DNA from: an uncultured Verrucomicrobiae bacterium | GTDB taxonomy: Bacteria > Verrucomicrobiota > Verrucomicrobiia > Limisphaerales > JAFGQR01 | Direction: 5' to 3' | Length of the DNA: 64,000 nucleotides | Assembly: GCA_963788655.1 (NCBI GenBank) | Contig: CAWBHS010000039.1 | Span: forward strand, 96,001-160,000 | Part shown: positions 42,662 to 53,150 of the stretch, piece by piece | Numbering within the stretch: position 1 is the stretch's first letter | Layout: the number at the start of each line of letters is the position of its first letter | Translations under genes and position numbers: made by a program | Notes under the pieces: generated by a model | What the model was told of the DNA's origin: nothing | Databases searched by the model: none | What the model saw: only the letters and a program-made list of their open reading frames with translations

Positions 42662-43002
42662 TCGAGATTGATCGAATGCAGATCACGTTGGAGAACGCGG
42701 CATTGGACGAACGCCAGGCAAATGCGGTCGTTACTCGCGCGTTGGAGTTGTTGGAAAACCACTGTAACGAATCCAACCAATGGAACGGTCGCGTGGACGA
42801 CATGGTTCTGCCGCCAATGGAACTCAATTCCGAAAGCTTGAGCAACGATCAGTTGTCAGAGCAAATGGCCGCGGAAATGTATGCGACAGTAGCTGCGTTC
42901 GTGAGAACGCGGCTGACTTCAAATGAAAACGCCGCACCCACTCCAGTCAGCCGTGTTCTCACGAACGCAGCTACGCCAACTGAACGTTCCGAGAACCAAT
43001 AA
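42658..43002 (+). CDS. Small hypothetical eCIS protein; C-terminus supplied by a palindromic repeat
   Basis: MIEIDRMQITL...; inverted pair gtagctgcgttcgtgagaac/gttctcacgaacgcagctac at 42889-42975. Confidence 0.6.
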   Translation: MIEIDRMQITLENAALDERQANAVVTRALELLENHCNESNQWNGRVDDMVLPPMELNSESLSNDQLSEQMAAEMYATVAAFVRTRLTSNENAAPTPVSRVLTNAATPTERSENQ

Positions 43003-43004
43003 CC

Positions 43005-43667
43005 ATGCCCAACGGATTCTCCAATCAACCCAAGTTGCTCAAAGGCGCGTTCGTGGATTCGAACCTCCTCGCGTTCCCGCCGCTGATTGTGCCGTTCCAA
43101 TTTAATCCGGAACGCATGACGCGGCGCAAATCCACCAATATCCGCACACCGCGATCCCGTCGCGGCCAGGAGGAACAGACACCTTCGAGCGAGGCACTCG
43201 GCCAAGCGCAAACCGTCCGAACGTCGCCGGAAACCATCAGCTTTGACCTGCGGCTTGATGCGACTGATGCGTTGGATGGCGGCGATCCGATTGCCGGCGA
43301 ATTCGGCGTGCTGCCGGCTTTGTCTGCCTTGGAGATGATGATTACGCCGCGCTCCGAATCGTTCTTTGGCGGCCTGCTGGGATTGTCGGCGGACTTTGGT
43401 TTCGGGGATCGCCGCAGCACGCCGGTGTTGATTTTCGTTTGGGGCCGGCAACGCATTTATCCCATCCGCCTGACCGATCTCAACATCCAGGAAATTGAGT
43501 ATAATCCGAATCTCAATCCCACGCGCGTAACCGCCGCGGTCAGCATCCAGGTCATCGCGGGAGACAATCCGTTTTATTTATTTACCCAAGCACAGCGTGA
43601 ACTCCTGGCCGCGCTCAACCTGGCCAACGCACCGGATCTGGCGCGGTCGATTGTCAATATTGGGTGA
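43005..43667 (+). CDS. CIS tube-initiator-like protein (Afp7-like N-terminal domain)
   Basis: VPFQFNPE, PETISFDLRLDATD, FVWG, PNLNPTR. Confidence 0.8.
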   Translation: MPNGFSNQPKLLKGAFVDSNLLAFPPLIVPFQFNPERMTRRKSTNIRTPRSRRGQEEQTPSSEALGQAQTVRTSPETISFDLRLDATDALDGGDPIAGEFGVLPALSALEMMITPRSESFFGGLLGLSADFGFGDRRSTPVLIFVWGRQRIYPIRLTDLNIQEIEYNPNLNPTRVTAAVSIQVIAGDNPFYLFTQAQRELLAALNLANAPDLARSIVNIG

Positions 43668-43742
43668 AGAGGGAACCACGAATGGACACGAATGAACACA
43701 AATGCGGCAGCAAGCTGCGACAAAGCCGGAGGCTTATAGGGG

Positions 43743-44098
43743 TGAACGGCTCAAAGCTGAAGCTGGTTTGTCTGCCGGCTTGCGAATCACAGGGTGATAT
43801 TACTGCGAACGTGCCCTTCCCCCTCACTCCAACCCTCTCCCTCAGGGAGAGGGAGCACGTTCGGCGCCCGCGCGGAACAACGACCGTGCTCCCAGCCCTC
43901 GTTGCCCAGGCATGTATCCCAAAGCCGGCGGGGAGGACTGCGACGCCACCAAAGATCCCGACGGGCTCGATAGCTCTTCCCTCTCCCTGGGGAGAGGGTC
44001 AGGGTGAGGGGAACCGCCAGCGCCAATTGTTCAACGGCAGCCGATCTTCCCGAAGCAGTCAACCTCTGACAGTCCTTCGGCAAAGCTCGATGTTTTCC
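43743..44098. repeat. ~355-bp repeat element, copy 1
   Basis: tgaacggctcaaag...ccctcactccaaccctctccctcagggagaggg...ctctccctggggagagggtcagggtgagggg; homolog at 47447-47806. Confidence 0.8.
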
Positions 44099-44132
44099 CT
44101 CCGAATAAGAACTTCACCGTTAAGGACTCAAC

Positions 44133-44420
44133 ATGGTCTATAAAGGCTCTCGTTACAGCAAATCGAACGTGATCGCGCCCGTGAACAGCGCCGGGCAATC
44201 ACCGCGCGTGCTGGCGGCGCGAGAGATTCCCCAAACGCGCGGCGTGGTGGAACACGTCGTGGTCGCCGGGGAGCGGCTCGACCACATCGCGCAACGCTAT
44301 TACAGCGATCCAAAGAAGTCCTGGCTGATTCTCGACGCCAATCCCGATGTATTGAATCCGCTCGACCTCCTTCAGCCGGGCCGGCGTTTGAACATTCCGC
44401 AGAACCGCATCGTAAGCTGA
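44133..44420 (+). CDS. LysM/tail-X-like baseplate protein
   Basis: SRY, HVVVAGERLDHIAQRYYSDP, ILDAN, PGRRLNIP. Confidence 0.85.
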   Translation: MVYKGSRYSKSNVIAPVNSAGQSPRVLAAREIPQTRGVVEHVVVAGERLDHIAQRYYSDPKKSWLILDANPDVLNPLDLLQPGRRLNIPQNRIVS

Positions 44421-45615
44421 TGATCACCGAAGTTGCCAATCTCTCGATCAACGGCCGCCCGCAGGACGACCTGGTGCCCGACATTGTCGAGATCGAAGTG
44501 CAGGAAGACGTGTCCGCCGCGGACGTGTTCCGCGTGCGCCTGGCCATGACGCCCGGCAGCGATGGCGCCTGGTCGCTGGTGGATGACGATCGCTTCGCAT
44601 TGTGGAACCGCGTGGCGCTCGAAGCGGGTTATCCCGAAGACACTGAAATGCTCATCGACGGCTACATGACGCACATCGAGGTTTGTTTTTCGAACGAAGA
44701 CGGCGGGGTGTATTTGGAAATTTCCGGCATGGACGCCACCGCGCGGTTGGATCTCGAGGAAAAGCAACGCGCCTGGGTCAACAAAAAGGACAGCGAGATT
44801 GCCCAGGAAATCTTTCTCGCCACGGCCTGAGTTACGAAGTCGAAGACACCGTGGCGCGATTGGCGGAGGATGATGCCACCGTATTGCAGACCGAGACTGA
44901 CATGCGATTTCTGCGGCGGTTCGCGGCGCGCAACGGCTTCGAATGTTACGTCAAAGCCGGCAAGGGATTCTTCCGCAGTCCGTCGATGGAAGAACCGCCG
45001 CAACCCATGCTGGCCGTCGATTTTGGCGAGGAAACCAATTTGATTCAGCTCCGGGTCAAAGCCGACGGCACGCCGGCCACCCAAGTTGAAATCCGGCGCA
45101 TCGATCCGCTGGAAAAACAGGAGGAGTCTGAGAAGCTGGATCAAACGCCGCGCCGCGAATTGGGCGCGCAGGCACTCTCCGCACTGCGGTCCGGTCAGCC
45201 CGATGGCCGCGTTCTCGTCCGCCAACAACCGTCCGCGTCATCGCAGGAAATGCGCGGCCGCCTCCGCAACGCTTACCAGCCGGCCACCGAATTTGTCCGG
45301 GTCGAAGGCGAAGTCGATTCGCGTCCTTATGGGCACGTGCTGCGGGCTAAGAAATTGGTCACGATCAAGGGCGCTGGGGAGCGGTTCAGCGGATTGTATT
45401 ACGTGACCCGCGTCCGCCACACGTTTACGGTCGAAGGGTATGCGCAACATTTCGAGGCCTACCGCAACGGGCTGGGTCTGACGGGCGATGAGGAATTCGG
45501 CGCATCCTTGTTGCCGCTGGCCGTGCCCGGCGGCCTGGGCAATTCCAGCGTCAGCGCCGGCAACCGCGTCTTGCCCGCCCAACAACAAACCGCCACCGTC
45601 CCTGCAGGAGTTTAA
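44420..45615 (+). CDS. Phage late control D/gp27-like baseplate hub (frameshift at ~44815)
   Basis: EAGY, DSEIAQEIF, QTETDMRFLRRFAARNGF, GAGERFSGLYYVTRVRH. Confidence 0.85.
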
Positions 45616-45617
45616 TC

Positions 45618-47413
45618 ATGTCTGTTCCGCCTCCTCAAATCACCACGCTGCGACGGCAACCGATCATCGATTACGTCACCAAGGACTACGAGGGCTACCG
45701 CCAGGCGATGCTCAATCAGATTCCGCTGCTGTTGCCGAATTGGACTGACCGCAGCGAAAGCGATTTCGGCGTCGCGCTGATCGAGTTGTTCGCGTATGTC
45801 GCCGACATCCTCAGCTATTACCAGGACCGCGTGGCCAACGAATCTTACCTAGCCACGGCCACCCAGCGCCGTTCCGTGACCGAACTGCTGCGGCTTATCG
45901 ATTACCAGATCGATCCCGGTTTGTCCGCGACCGCTTATCTGCACGGCGAGGTATCGGCGGATGTCACCGTCAACGGCGCCAACCTGCCATATCGGTTGAA
46001 AACGGCTGGCGTGCCTGGCGAACCGGATCAGAACTTTGAGGTCACCAAAGAATTTTCATTCAAGAAGCTGAACCAGGCCATCGATCTGACCGCACTTTCC
46101 GATCTCGCGGCCGGCACCTCGGCCATTGAACTCGACCAAGCCCAGCACGCGCTGGCCGAAGGCGACGCCGTGTATTTTGAAGAGCAAACTCAATTGCCCG
46201 ATGGCTCGATCCAAACCCGCCGTTCGCCGATCCTGAAGGTCGTGCAAATTCAGGCCGCCAGTGCCAACAAGGATGCGATTAGTTGGCTGCCGCCACTGCC
46301 CGAGCCCTTCGATCCGGCGCGAACGACGCTGCAAGGTAACAACGTGATTGCCTCGCACGGCGAAAACGTGTTCGACGAACCGATCTTCGTTGGCGACGGC
46401 ACGCCCGGTCAGCGGATGACGCTTGTCACGCCAACCAGTGTCGCATCTGATCAAGCAGGGGCCATTTCAACGGCGCCGATCGCGGCCGGAACTGGACGTT
46501 CACGTGGATGGTATTTTGTGGGAGGAAGCGGACAACTTCTTTGCGAGCAAGCCATCCGACACGCATTACACGACCACGGTCGATGAGAACAATTATCTCA
46601 CGATCCATTTCGGCACCGGCGAACGCGGCGCAGTGCCGCCGGCGGGGGCGCAGGTCAAGGCCACCTATCGCATTGGGCTTGGCAGCCAGGGCAACGTGGG
46701 CGCGGACACGCTGACGGTTTTTCTCACCGCGGTGCCCGAAATTAAGAGCATCACCAATCCCTACAACGCCTCCGGCGGCGCTGACCGGGAAACCACTGAG
46801 GAAGCCAAAATCTCCGGGCCGGGCTCGGTGATTGCGCAGGACCGTGCGGTGACGTTGCAGGATTACGACTTGCTGGCGAAGGCCTTTCCCGGTGTGGGTA
46901 AGGCCCACGCGCGCGTCGGATTGCGCGGTGGTTACAAAGTGGTGCAGGTTTTCATCGCTACGGAGAATCCCCAGGTGATCCCGCCGCCGGCACCGCCCGC
47001 CGAATTGAAAGATGCACTCAAGCAACATCTCGAAGCGCGCCAACCGGTCAACCGCATGGCCGGCGTGGACGTGCTCGATCCGGTCTGGGTGCCGATTGAC
47101 GTGACGGTCGATGTGACGGTGAAAGCCGACGCTAGTCCGCACGAAGTCGAGCAGAACGTGCGCGACGCATTGCGCGAAGTATCTCGGATTCGCCCGGCAG
47201 GAATTTGGTCAGGCCGTGCGCGTGGGCGAAATCTTCTCGTTGTTATACCAGGTGGAAGGCGCGGCCTATGCGCTCTTGAAACGGCTGGCCCGCAGCGTGC
47301 AACCGGCGCAGTCGCACCAGCATGTTTGCGAGTTTACCGACGTTGCATTGGCGGAGAACGAATTCGCGTATCCGGGTAAATTGGTGGTGAATTTATTTGG
47401 CGGCATCCAATGA
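45618..47413 (+). CDS. Baseplate J/gp47-like wedge protein (frameshifts at ~46425 and ~47180)
   Basis: DYVTKDY, WTDRSESDFGVALIELFAY, YYQDRVANESYLATA, FGTGERGAVP, GGADRE, RAVTLQDY. Confidence 0.88.
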
Positions 47414-47446
47414 GCAACTTTCGGCAACGGCAGAAACTTGAATCGA

Positions 47447-47806
47447 TGAACGGCTCAAAGTTGGAACTGGTTTGGCGTCATATGTTGGCGAATCGCAGCG
47501 CTATCCGGCTGCGGTCGTCGACTTCCCCCTCACCCCAACCCTCTCCCCCAGAGAGAGGGCGCACGTTCGTCGCCCAGTAGGAGAAGCGAATGCGCTCAAA
47601 CGCTTCGTGGCCCAAGTGTCGAATCCGAAAGCAGGCGGTGACGGTTGCAAAGCAATCAACAATCCAAGCCGATTCGACAGCTGTTCCCTCTCCCTGGGGA
47701 GAGGGCCAGGGTGAGGGGAAATCCCGGCGCCAATCGTTCAATAGCTGTCCATTTTTGCAGACCGTTCAAACTCGAAGAGCCCTCCGGCAAAACCCGAGGC
47801 TTCCTA
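47447..47806. repeat. ~355-bp repeat element, copy 2
   Basis: Homologous to 43743-44098. Confidence 0.8.
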
Positions 47807-47817
47807 AACAGAGCTAA

Positions 47818-49714
47818 ATGAGCAGCCGTTTCCAGAGCTTCTCTATCGTTACCTGCCTGGTTTGTATCGGGACAAGGACGAAGCCGGTGAATTGCGCCGT
47901 TTCCTCGAGATCATGGCGCTGCCGCTGGAGGAATTGCAGGCGAGCATCGCACAACTCAATGACGATCTGTTCCTGGAAACATCGAGGGATGCCTTCATCG
48001 CCTTCATCGGCGGCGTGATCGGCGTGCAACCGGATGCCGTCGGCCGTGCCGCGGGTCCAGCGGACGGAAGTGCGCGAAGCGTTTGCTTTTTATCGCAGCA
48101 AGGGACTTCAGCCGCCGCTGCAGAGTTACATCGAACAACTAACCGGCTGGCGGGTTGCGTTGGTGGATTTCTCCCAGCAAGTCGCGCGCGCGCCATTTGT
48201 CGAGGCGATGAATCCAGTTTTGGCACGGCGCGGTCAGTCCGTAGCGGAAGATCCGCCGGGCAGCGGCAATTTCTATTTTCACGAAGACCAATCACCCCAA
48301 CCGTTGTTCGATGCGGTGTTGGGCCGTCCAATTACGCGGGCGGCAATGCTCGGACACGAGAGCGAATTTGCCGGTGTCGAAGGCCGGTTCTCCATTCAGG
48401 AACGCGGCAAGGATTTGTTCACTGCGGACAACCCGCCAGCGCTTACCGCGGTGACTGCCGATCTGAATGATTTTGCCAATCCCAAGACGCCCGCTGGCGC
48501 AGCGCTGGCGCTCCAGCCGAATCAGATCGCCGTGGACCCCGAACTGGCGCGTTTCCAATTCGGCGGGCCGCCGCCGTTGGCGGGCAATCTCACGGTGGAT
48601 TTTCAAACGCTCGTGCCAGCTTCGGTGTCGGTGCAGACGTTCGACATCCGCGATTCATCTCGCATGGAGCAATTGGGCCGCAGTGACGATCCCGCGCCGT
48701 ACAGTCTCGACTTTCGCACGCCGCGCCAGCCGACGGAAAAGATCGGGCGCATGCACTTCGACAATCACGGCCTGTTCCTGACGCTGGGCCAACCGGTGGC
48801 CAATCAGAAACCCAACGTCCTGCCGCTCGGTTCGCAAAGCGGGCATTTCACGTTCGATAACCGGCCTGTCAGCGTCGTCGATACTGAGGGCGTGCCGCTG
48901 CAATTAATGGACGACATTGACGGTTCGCCGATCACACGTCGCAAGTTCGGCGGACACGAAGCACTTTTCTGCGGAACACCGCGTGGATTTTCCATCCGCA
49001 TTCGTGGCTCTCGAAATCACTGATGCTGCCTTTCAGCCTGCGCTCACGGTGCGGGCTGCTGACCTAACGGATTTCACGCAGCCCAAAGATGTCAACGGCG
49101 GCGCATTGGCGTTGACGCCAACGGACGTTGCCGTGGACCCACAGCTTGGACGTTTCGTGCTGGACCTCGCCGCGTTGAATGTCCAGGCCGAAGACGTGCG
49201 TGTCGATTACTTGATCGGTCCCAGCCACAATATGACAGACGGCAAACCGTCTGCGCTCTCGACCACCGTGCCCGAGGTCTTTGCCTTTTTGGCGGACGGC
49301 CGAGTGCTGGGATTGCGCGACGCATTTGACGGCACACTGGTCACGACGAAGCTGCGATTCGGCTTGGCGTTGACAGATTTTCACGGGGCCGATCGAGGTT
49401 GGCGGATTTACCGCAACGGGGTTGAAGCCAGCGCCACGTTGCCGGCGGAAGCCAAGGCACTCGATGATGTCACCACGCCCGTGTCGCCCGGACACATCGC
49501 CATCGATGTCGAGCGTGGGCGTTTCAAATTTCCCGCCGGCTTTCTGGCGCCCGAGGACGAAGTCACGGTGGATTTCAGCGCCGAAGAAACATTGGGCGAG
49601 GAACAAATTCTAAACAGCTTGATCCAGCGGTTGCCGCGCAGTTTGCCGGCGGGCGTGGTGCCGGTGGTCATCGATACTCGGCGAATGCCGGTGAATCCAG
49701 CGAACCTGAGGTGA
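47818..49714 (+). CDS. Baseplate/tail protein (P2 gpI-like N-terminus) with three internal repeats; frameshifts at ~47830, ~48037 and ~49008
   Basis: LYRYLPGLYRDKD, LRRFLEI, LNDDLFLET, FYRSKG, LTGW; repeats ending IAVDPELARF / VAVDPQLGRF / IAIDVERGRF; C-terminal LPAGV. Confidence 0.7.
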
Positions 49715-49724
49715 GGAACAAATT

Positions 49725-52547
49725 ATGTCGCGAGCCATTTCACGCGAGAGTTTCCAGGAACTGAAAAACTATCTCGGCGTCTATTTGCAGCAAGGTCGGG
49801 TGATCCTCGACTCGGACTGGAACGAGAGCCAGGACATCACGTTGTCGGCCTTGCGCCGGTTGAATCGCGAGGCGTTGGGCGAAGGCAGTCCGAATCGCGG
49901 CTTCGCCATTGATCCGGCATTCCCGCCGCCGCCGTCGCTGTTGCTCGGAACCGTGGACACGTCCGGCATGGACCTCAACCAGGCCATCGGCGCGATTGCC
50001 GGCGCGTGTTTTGCCGATCTTCTCAGCCTGCTGTTGTACCTGATTTTTGGTCCGTTGCTGTTCTTCCTCAATTTCCCCGGGCAGAAGCTCGATGACTTCG
50101 AGTCACTGGACGGCTTCGCCTTGTCGTCGCCGCAAGGCAAACTGCGCATCGGCCGGGATCGGCCGTATTCGGGACGCGGGTTTTTGCGGCTGTCGGGCCA
50201 TGCCGGCACCGTGACGGTGACCAAGACACTGGCGAACCTAACGGACTTATCGGCGTTCGAACTGGCGACTTTCCGCTACCGGTTGAATCAACAAACGCCC
50301 GGGACGATGAAGTTCTTCCTGGAAGACAATAACAACAATCGGTCCGTCTGGCTGGTCAGCAATTCGGCGTTTGGCAAAGAAATCTGGTTGTCGGGTTTCG
50401 CCTCGCCGCTGGACCTGCACTTTCGGATTCTGACACCGGAATTGGCCGGAGCCGTCCAGGGCAAATCCTACAGCCGTGATCTGGCGACCTTCAGCGGCAC
50501 CACCCCCATGACGTGGGCCCTGGCCAGCGGAGTATTGCCGCCGGGTATGACGGTGGCGGCGTCCGGCTCGGGCGCCGATTCGAACAAGGGCAAACTCAGC
50601 GGCACGCCCAGCGCCTCGGGCACGTTCAATTTCCGCGTGCGCGTTACCGATGCCACGAATCTCCAGGCGACGCATGATTACACTCTGGTGGTCAAACCTT
50701 CGGGTGACGTGCCGCTGGCCGTACCGCATCCGGCGGAGATCCTGGGCATGATCACCAAATTCGAAACGCCGACGGGCACGCCGGCTGACTTGACGCGGAT
50801 TCGCCGTTACGGTTTCGAGTTGTATCAGGATCCGGCGAATCCATTGGTTTGGGACTTGGATGATTTGCGTCTCGGCAGCAGCGCGCTCGAGTCCCAAATG
50901 GGCAGCAACAATTTCATCATCCGCGGTTCGGAGTTTTCGCAGTTCCTCAGCACCATCACGCTGCTGAGTATTTTGCAAAGTTCGAACCTCACTGGAGACG
51001 ACAGCGGCGGCGGCAGTGGAGATGATTCGAATTCGTTTCTGAACATCCTCGACATGCTGAATACGGACTTCCAATTGTCCGAGCCCAGTCTGGACAACGC
51101 TGGCCGGCTGTATGTGGCGGGTTACCCGTGTGCCATTGTCAAAGATACGCTCTACTCCGAGCAAGCCGATCCCAACGACCCGCCACTCTCACCACCGGCT
51201 TCGGGCGTCATCCGGAAGGACACCGTGTATCTCGATGTCTGGAAGGAACCGGTGACGTTTATCGAAGATCCCGAGATCCGCGAAATTGCCTTGGGCGGTC
51301 CCGACACGGCCACGCGGTTGCGGGTGCGCTACCGCGTGCGCGTCAACCAGGGCGGCCCCGCCCCCACCGGCAATGGCATCGGGCAAGGCACCCTGGCGAC
51401 CGAGGGTAATTACACTGGTCAGGCCAACCGCTATTACCGCGTCGAGATTGATACGCCGGGTGACATCGGCACTGCGACGTTTCGCTGGTCGGAAGACAAT
51501 GCTTCGACACTGGGCCGCGTGATCGAGGCGATTCCGCCGGGCGCAACAAAGGTGGTGTTGGAAGACGCGTCGGCGTTTCACGCGGGCGACTTCATTCTGA
51601 TTCGAAAGGAATTTGGCGCCGAAGAACATCAAGTCAGTTCGGTGTTTGGCAACGTGATTACCCTGCAAAGTCCAACCGGCACCCAATTGGCCGCGTTGCC
51701 GGCGGCTGCCAAGGTGCCGGACTTTACCACGTTTTCCATGGACGACCGGCCAATGGTGCAACGCTGGAATGCCTTTCATGTTCCAGTCACAGTCGATCCG
51801 GACGACGCGACCATCTCCGCCGCGATTGATTTGAATGACGGCGTGCAAGTGCGCTTTGGCGGGCGGGCGACGCGGACCGGCGACTTTTGGAACTTTAAGA
51901 CGCGTTTCCTCGCCGGCGATGAAGCGTCGGGACTGAATCCCGAGACGCGCATCGAGGATTTGAGTTTTCAACGCGCCCGCGGCGTGGTGCATCATTACGT
52001 GCCGCTGGCTTTGCTCACGCGCGACGGGGATGCGTTGGACCCGGATCAAATTATCCAAATTGCCGACCGCCGCCAGCGCATTGGCAATGCCAGCACCGCC
52101 GCCAAGGCCTTGAAGAAGATCACCGGCCTGACCGGCACCGCCACGACGTTTGTGGATGGCCTGGCGCTGCCGCCCATTGCGCCGGACAGCAAGTTGATGG
52201 TGTTTCTGGCCGGCGATCTGTTTGTGTCCACTGGCGCTTTGCCATCGGACAGCCAGCTCACCATCCGTGTTTCCTTTTACAATGACGACATGACCAATCC
52301 CGCCACCGAGCCGGACAAGGGCAAGATTCAGGACCGTGAAATTAGCATCCCGGTCAATCGCAAGCCGCAAGGGCAGGAAGTGCCGCTCAATCTCCTCTTC
52401 GGCAAGAGCGACACGCCGTTCCTTTTCCTGCCCATCACGATGGTGCCCACGTCGGTGCAGGTCTTTTTCACCTTGAGCAAAACCGGGTTCACGGTTGAAA
52501 TGGTGAACATGCAGCTTACTGTTTTGGAACTGAAGAAAAGCTATTAA
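49725..52547 (+). CDS. DUF6519-family eCIS protein with inserted hydrophobic segment, CBM-like domain and Ig (He_PIG-like) domain
   Basis: GVYLQQGRVILDSDWNE, AGRLYVAG, VYLDVW, EIALGGPDTATR, YTGQANRYYRVEI, FRWSEDNAS, GDFW, HHYVPLA. Confidence 0.85.
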   Translation: MSRAISRESFQELKNYLGVYLQQGRVILDSDWNESQDITLSALRRLNREALGEGSPNRGFAIDPAFPPPPSLLLGTVDTSGMDLNQAIGAIAGACFADLLSLLLYLIFGPLLFFLNFPGQKLDDFESLDGFALSSPQGKLRIGRDRPYSGRGFLRLSGHAGTVTVTKTLANLTDLSAFELATFRYRLNQQTPGTMKFFLEDNNNNRSVWLVSNSAFGKEIWLSGFASPLDLHFRILTPELAGAVQGKSYSRDLATFSGTTPMTWALASGVLPPGMTVAASGSGADSNKGKLSGTPSASGTFNFRVRVTDATNLQATHDYTLVVKPSGDVPLAVPHPAEILGMITKFETPTGTPADLTRIRRYGFELYQDPANPLVWDLDDLRLGSSALESQMGSNNFIIRGSEFSQFLSTITLLSILQSSNLTGDDSGGGSGDDSNSFLNILDMLNTDFQLSEPSLDNAGRLYVAGYPCAIVKDTLYSEQADPNDPPLSPPASGVIRKDTVYLDVWKEPVTFIEDPEIREIALGGPDTATRLRVRYRVRVNQGGPAPTGNGIGQGTLATEGNYTGQANRYYRVEIDTPGDIGTATFRWSEDNASTLGRVIEAIPPGATKVVLEDASAFHAGDFILIRKEFGAEEHQVSSVFGNVITLQSPTGTQLAALPAAAKVPDFTTFSMDDRPMVQRWNAFHVPVTVDPDDATISAAIDLNDGVQVRFGGRATRTGDFWNFKTRFLAGDEASGLNPETRIEDLSFQRARGVVHHYVPLALLTRDGDALDPDQIIQIADRRQRIGNASTAAKALKKITGLTGTATTFVDGLALPPIAPDSKLMVFLAGDLFVSTGALPSDSQLTIRVSFYNDDMTNPATEPDKGKIQDREISIPVNRKPQGQEVPLNLLFGKSDTPFLFLPITMVPTSVQVFFTLSKTGFTVEMVNMQLTVLELKKSY

Positions 52548-52551
52548 GTTT

Positions 52552-53133
52552 ATGGGACGATACATTTTTTCCCGACGGGATCTCCATCCGTTGCGCGGCT
52601 TGATCGACTCGCCGCTGGGCAGAGCGACCCTGGGCGCCACGGTGCCGATCAAACAAACCACCACCGCCCCGACGCACCAGGAGACCTCCGAAGTATCCCT
52701 GCCGGTGCCCGTGCAAAGCCAGGAGCAACCGGAAGGGGTGCCGCTGCACGAGATCCTCAGCGCCGTGCAAACCAAGGTGCCTTCGATCAAAGCGCTGGCC
52801 GTCCGCGCCGGCAAGCTCGAGATCAGTTACGAGAAATCGCCCACGGACGAAGAACGTGAACAGGTGGAGCGGGCGTTGACCACCCCGCAAACGTTCGAGC
52901 GCGTGCGCATCGCCCGGCCGGCCCTGCTCGCAGCGCAGCCCTCGGCGGACTTGCTGGATATTCTCACCAATCCAGCCACGTCGGATACGGACTGGTTGAA
53001 AGCCTTTCGCCAGTACGCGGTGGCGAATCTTTTTCCCGCTCGCAGCGGAACGGCCGGCGCACCGTCGGCCCCGTCGGTCACCGCGGCAACCACCAAGGCC
53101 AAGGCAAAAACGACTCGCAGCGGCAACACTTGA
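52552..53133 (+). CDS. Hypothetical protein in the eCIS operon
   Basis: 193-aa co-oriented ORF, tightly spaced between its neighbours. Confidence 0.65.
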   Translation: MGRYIFSRRDLHPLRGLIDSPLGRATLGATVPIKQTTTAPTHQETSEVSLPVPVQSQEQPEGVPLHEILSAVQTKVPSIKALAVRAGKLEISYEKSPTDEEREQVERALTTPQTFERVRIARPALLAAQPSADLLDILTNPATSDTDWLKAFRQYAVANLFPARSGTAGAPSAPSVTAATTKAKAKTTRSGNT

Positions 53134-53150
53134 ATCACCCCGCTTGACTC

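Noticed and set aside
36255..49015. Programmed ribosomal frameshifting in the structural genes
   Set aside because: The shifts are numerous, go in both directions and lack slippery heptamers; sequencing error or decay is simpler.
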